20,000 bases of DNA from an uncultured Actinomycetes bacterium. GTDB lineage: Bacteria > Actinomycetota > Acidimicrobiia > Spongiisociales > DATADW01. Shown here piece by piece: positions 16,664 to 20,000 of this stretch. Position 1 is the first letter of the stretch, and each line of letters opens with the position of its first letter. A model generated the notes under the pieces. The model saw only the letters and a list, made by a program, of their open reading frames with translations. It was not told where the DNA came from and did no database searches. Position numbers and translations under genes: made by a program. The stretch covers positions 290,281-310,280 of the forward strand of contig CAWGRK010000009.1 of assembly GCA_963824995.1 (NCBI GenBank). Reading direction: 5' to 3'.

Positions 16664-18391
16664 GAGGCCACCGCGCTGAGCTGCGACTCGACGATCTCGA
16701 CATAGGTGGCGCACCCGGCAAGCAGCTCTTCGTGGGTACCCAAGCCGACGACCTCACCGTCTTCGAGGACGATGATCTGGTCGGCGTCGGCGATGGTGGA
16801 GACCCGCTGCGCCACGATCACGACCGTGCAGTTGGCGGTGATCGGCTTCAGCGCCCGACGGAGCCGGGCGTCGGTCGCCAGGTCGAGCGCAGAGAAGGAG
16901 TCGTCGAACAGGTAGATCTCGGGGCGACGGATGATCGCCCTGGCGATGGCAAGACGCTGACGCTGCCCGCCGGAGAGGTTGGTCCCCCCCTGGGCAACGG
17001 GTGCGTCCAGCCCTTCCGGCATGGCTCTGACGAAATTGGCCGCCTGAGCGATCCCGAGCACGTCCCACATCTCTTCCTCGGTCGCATCGGGATTTCCGTA
17101 TCGGAGGTTGGAGGCCACGGTGCCCGAGAAGAGATATGGCTTCTGCGGTACCAGCCCGATCCTCGCCCAGAGGCTCTCGGGGTCTATATCTCGAATGTCC
17201 ACCCCATCTACCAGCACCGACCCGCCTGTGGCGTCGAAGAGCCTGGGGATGAGACTGAGCAGAGTGGTCTTCCCCGCACCCGTCGAGCCGATGATTGCGG
17301 TGGTCTGCCCGGGGCGCGCCGTGAACGACACGTCGTGCAAGACCGGGTGCGCCGCACCCGGATAGCTGTACTCCACTCCCCTCAACTCGAGATCGCCGCG
17401 CCGCGTCAACTCGGTCACGCCGTGCTCGGGAGGGACCACCGAAGACCGGGTGTCGAGGACCTCGCCTATCCGATCGGCCGAGACCGCGGCCCGGGGCACC
17501 ATGACGAGCATGAAGGTGGCCATCATCACCGACATCAGGATCTGGACCAGGTAGGCGAGGAAGGCGGTCAGCGACCCGATCTCCATCAGCCCTTGGTCCA
17601 CCCTGATCCCACCGAACCAGAGCACCGCCACGCTCGAGACGTTGAGGACGAGCATCACAACCGGGAACATGGCCGCCATCCAACGGCCCACTGTGAGCGA
17701 CACATCGGTGAACTCGACGTTGGCCCGACCGAACCGCTCCCTCTCGAGCGGCTCGCGTACAAAGGCGCGCAACACCCTGATTCCGGTGATCTGTTCGCGC
17801 AATACCCGGTTGACGGTGTCGATCCGCTCCTGCATCTTCCGGTACGCCGGGACCATCCGCGAGATGATCAGACCGACGATCACACCCAACACCGGCACCG
17901 CAACTGCCACCAACCAGGCGAGTCCGACATCTTGGCGGAGCGCCATGATCACCCCACCGACCGCCATGATCGGGGCCATCACCATCATGGTGAAGGTCAT
18001 CAATGTCAGCATCTGCACCTGCTGCACGTCGTTGGTGTTGCGAGTGATGAGAGATGGGGCGCCGAAGCCGGCGACCTCGCGGCTGGAGAACGCAGGCAAC
18101 CCGGCTGAAGATCGCCGACCGCAAGTCGCGTCCGAAGCCCATAGCGGTACGTGCCCCGAAGTAGACGGCGGCAATCGAGCAGATCACCTGGACCAGCGAG
18201 ACCGCCAGCATCCAGATCCCGACCTGGATGATGTAATCGGTGTCGCCCCTGACCACACCGTTGTCGATGATGTCGGCGTTGAGGCTGGGCAGATAGAGCG
18301 AGGCGATGGTGCCCACCAGTTGCAGGGCGACGATCACCCAGATCCAGGTCTTGTACGGCCTCAGGTACTCACGAGCGAACCGCAGCAGCAT
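16660..18391 (-). CDS. ABC exporter half-transporter (TMD+NBD), TM287/Rv1273c-like subunit; apparent +1 frameshift near 18095
   Basis: N-terminus MLLRFAREYLRPYK...LYLPSLNADIIDNG in one frame, the remainder in ORF 16660..18174. GSTGAGKT, LSGGQ, degenerate YLFDD and VAQR. Corrected length 576 aa. Confidence 0.92.
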
Positions 18392-18995
18392 CAGGCGACG
18401 ACCTCGGCTGTTCGCTCGGCGACGCCACCGAGCATGACATCCGACGATGTCGTCGACCGTGAGCTTTTCGCCGGCTCCCGGATGGGCGGTGGCGAAGACC
18501 AGACCGCGCAGAACCATGGCGGCTCGTGCCGGATCGAGCCGAAGCCGATCCCGGTTGCCGCGCAAGCAGATCGGTGAGCGACTCGGCGATGGCCGCCTGT
18601 GACTCCAACACGAAGCGAGGCGGCCCAGAGCGATGCTCTGCACCCGTGATCGGGATCGTACGAAGAACTGTCATCAGAGCCACGACCCCATCGAGTCGGT
18701 CCATCAAGATCTGAACGGCGTGCCGGAGCTGCTCTTCGAAGGGCGCCTCGTGGTCGATGCTCTCGATCTCGTGCTGGACGGGCGCCGGATCCATCCCAAC
18801 CCTGATCGCCTCGTGTATCAGGGCACACTTGTCGGAGAACACGCGGAAGATGGTGCCCTCGGCGATCCCGGCTGCCTCGGCAATCTGGCGGGTCGTGACG
18901 CCGCCGCCGTGCTCGATGAGGAGCGGGGTGACCGCCTCGACTATCGCCTGGCGGCGATCGTCCGATGACATGGGTGTTGCGCGGCCTTGCTTCAT
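18391..18995 (-). CDS. TetR/AcrR-family regulator; two apparent +1 frameshifts near 18555 and 18441
   Basis: HTH VTTRQIAEAAGIAEGTIFRVFSDK. The corrected C-terminus (...RDRLRLDPARAAMVLRGLVF...DDIVDVMLGGVAE...) ends in a TGATG overlap with the ABC start; 200 aa. Confidence 0.88.
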
Positions 18996-19005
18996 GAGTT
19001 CCGGA

Positions 19006-19034
19006 ACAATAGCTGAGTGAGCACTCACTCACAA
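19006..19034 (-). promoter_or_regulatory. Promoter of the tetR-ABC operon with a palindromic operator in the spacer
   Basis: TTGTGA-17 bp-TATTGT on the minus strand; perfect TGAGTGAG-CA-CTCACTCA at 19014-19031. Confidence 0.75.
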
Positions 19035-19070
19035 GTCGTTTTCTCGGGGCTTGACGTTCCCCTATATGCC

Positions 19071-19100
19071 TTGACAGATATATACGTATCAGCGTATATT
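19071..19100 (+). promoter_or_regulatory. SigA-type promoter of arsR-SRPBCC with overlapping operator
   Basis: TTGACA-18 bp-TATATT, 7 nt before the ATG; inverted repeat ATATACG-N6-CGTATAT at 19080-19099. Confidence 0.75.
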
Positions 19101-19107
19101 CAATTCC

Positions 19108-19422
19108 ATGTTGAACGAGGCCCTGGCAGTCGTGGCGGAGCCCACCCGAAGGCGCATCCTCGACGAGCTTCTGGAGGGCGAACACACAGTGGGCGAATTG
19201 GTCGAGGTCATCGCTGTCAGCCAACCGAGCATCTCGAAGCATCTTCGGGTGCTCCGGGACGCCGGTTTCGTGTCGTCGAGGACCGATGCTCAGCACCGTC
19301 GCTATCGCCTCGAGCCGTTACGCCTCGAGGCGATTGACCATTGGCTGGCGCCCTACCGCATCCTTTGGACCAGGCACCTCGATGCACTCGAGCGCCATCT
19401 GGAAGAACAGGAGACGAAATGA
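19108..19422 (+). CDS. ArsR/SmtB-family transcriptional regulator
   Basis: AEPTRRRILD, SQPSISKHLRVLRDAGFV, RRYRL and WLAPYRILW; no cysteines. Confidence 0.92.
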   Translation: MLNEALAVVAEPTRRRILDELLEGEHTVGELVEVIAVSQPSISKHLRVLRDAGFVSSRTDAQHRRYRLEPLRLEAIDHWLAPYRILWTRHLDALERHLEEQETK

Positions 19423-19978
19423 TCTCGAAAGACTTCGAACCGGGAGAGCTTGCATCGGTCGCTTACGAGCCAGCCGACACCGGGTGGACGCTCGTTTTCA
19501 TTCGAGATCTGCCTCACTCCCCTGAGAAGGTGTGGGCCGCCCTCACCCAACGCGACCAGCTCGGGCAATGGGCACCATTTGTTCCCAACCGCGATCTCGA
19601 CGTTCAGGGTGAAGCCAATTTCGCGATGGAGGATGACAGCGATTCGGAAGAGCAATCCGCCGACGTATTGCGTGCCGAGGCGCCGTCGCTGCTCGAGTAC
19701 AAGTGGGAAGACGACCTGCTCCTTTGGGAGTTGGAGCCAACTTCAGCCGGCACTCGACTCACACTCCGTCACACCCACCAGGATCGCGACTGGTTGCCAA
19801 AGTTCGCCGCCGGCTGGCACCTGTGTCTCGTCGTCGCCGACCGCCTGCTCGAAGGGACGCCCATTCCCCGCATCGTTGGCGAGGACGCAGAAACTACGGC
19901 TGGGACGACTTGTCCAATGCCTACGCCGAGGCACTCGACACAGTTTCCACTGACGACTCCGATCCCTCTCGAACCTGA
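19419..19978 (+). CDS. SRPBCC/AHSA1-like ligand-binding protein; apparent 1-base deletion near 19890
   Basis: Absent from the ORF track because the frame stays open to the window end. Manual translation gives MISKDFEPG...LVFIRDLPHSPEKVWAALT...LEYKW...GTRLTLRH...AAGWHLCL. The natural C-terminus NYGWDDLSNAYAEAL is in the frame ending at 19978. ATGA overlap with arsR. Confidence 0.85.
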
Positions 19979-20000
19979 GGGATTACGTGATACCCCGTGG

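Noticed and set aside
16754..18643. 629-aa ORF as a single gene
   Set aside because: It is a chimera of the shifted TetR C-terminus, the ABC N-terminus and out-of-frame sequence.

Overview
GC-rich, actinobacterial-type chromosomal window. Acidimicrobiia-like origin is my inference from gene content, not a verified assignment. Positions 1-3883 are housekeeping: glmU 5' end, tRNA-Gln(TTG), ispE, rsmA, tatD, an AbrB-family regulator with a C-terminal 4-Cys motif, and rsmI. The rest is accessory: a sulfotransferase, a small membrane protein, a membrane protein + HisKA_3 kinase + NarL-type regulator unit, a DUF1905/YdeI-like protein, a maleylacetate reductase-like / MDMPI-like / VOC operon, a GTAG-type REP-like doublet, a SAM methyltransferase, a CDF metal exporter, a secreted vanadium-haloperoxidase-like protein with an altered active-site motif, a TetR + heterodimeric ABC exporter, and an ArsR + SRPBCC pair. 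Seven apparent single-base frameshifts in six genes are most likely long-read assembly errors. I found no integrase, transposase, CRISPR array or recognisable defence system, and no single clear-cut novel system. The best leads are the haloperoxidase variant, the dioxygenase-less maleylacetate reductase operon, the Bacillus-like AbrB position and the two-component-regulated His-containing membrane protein.
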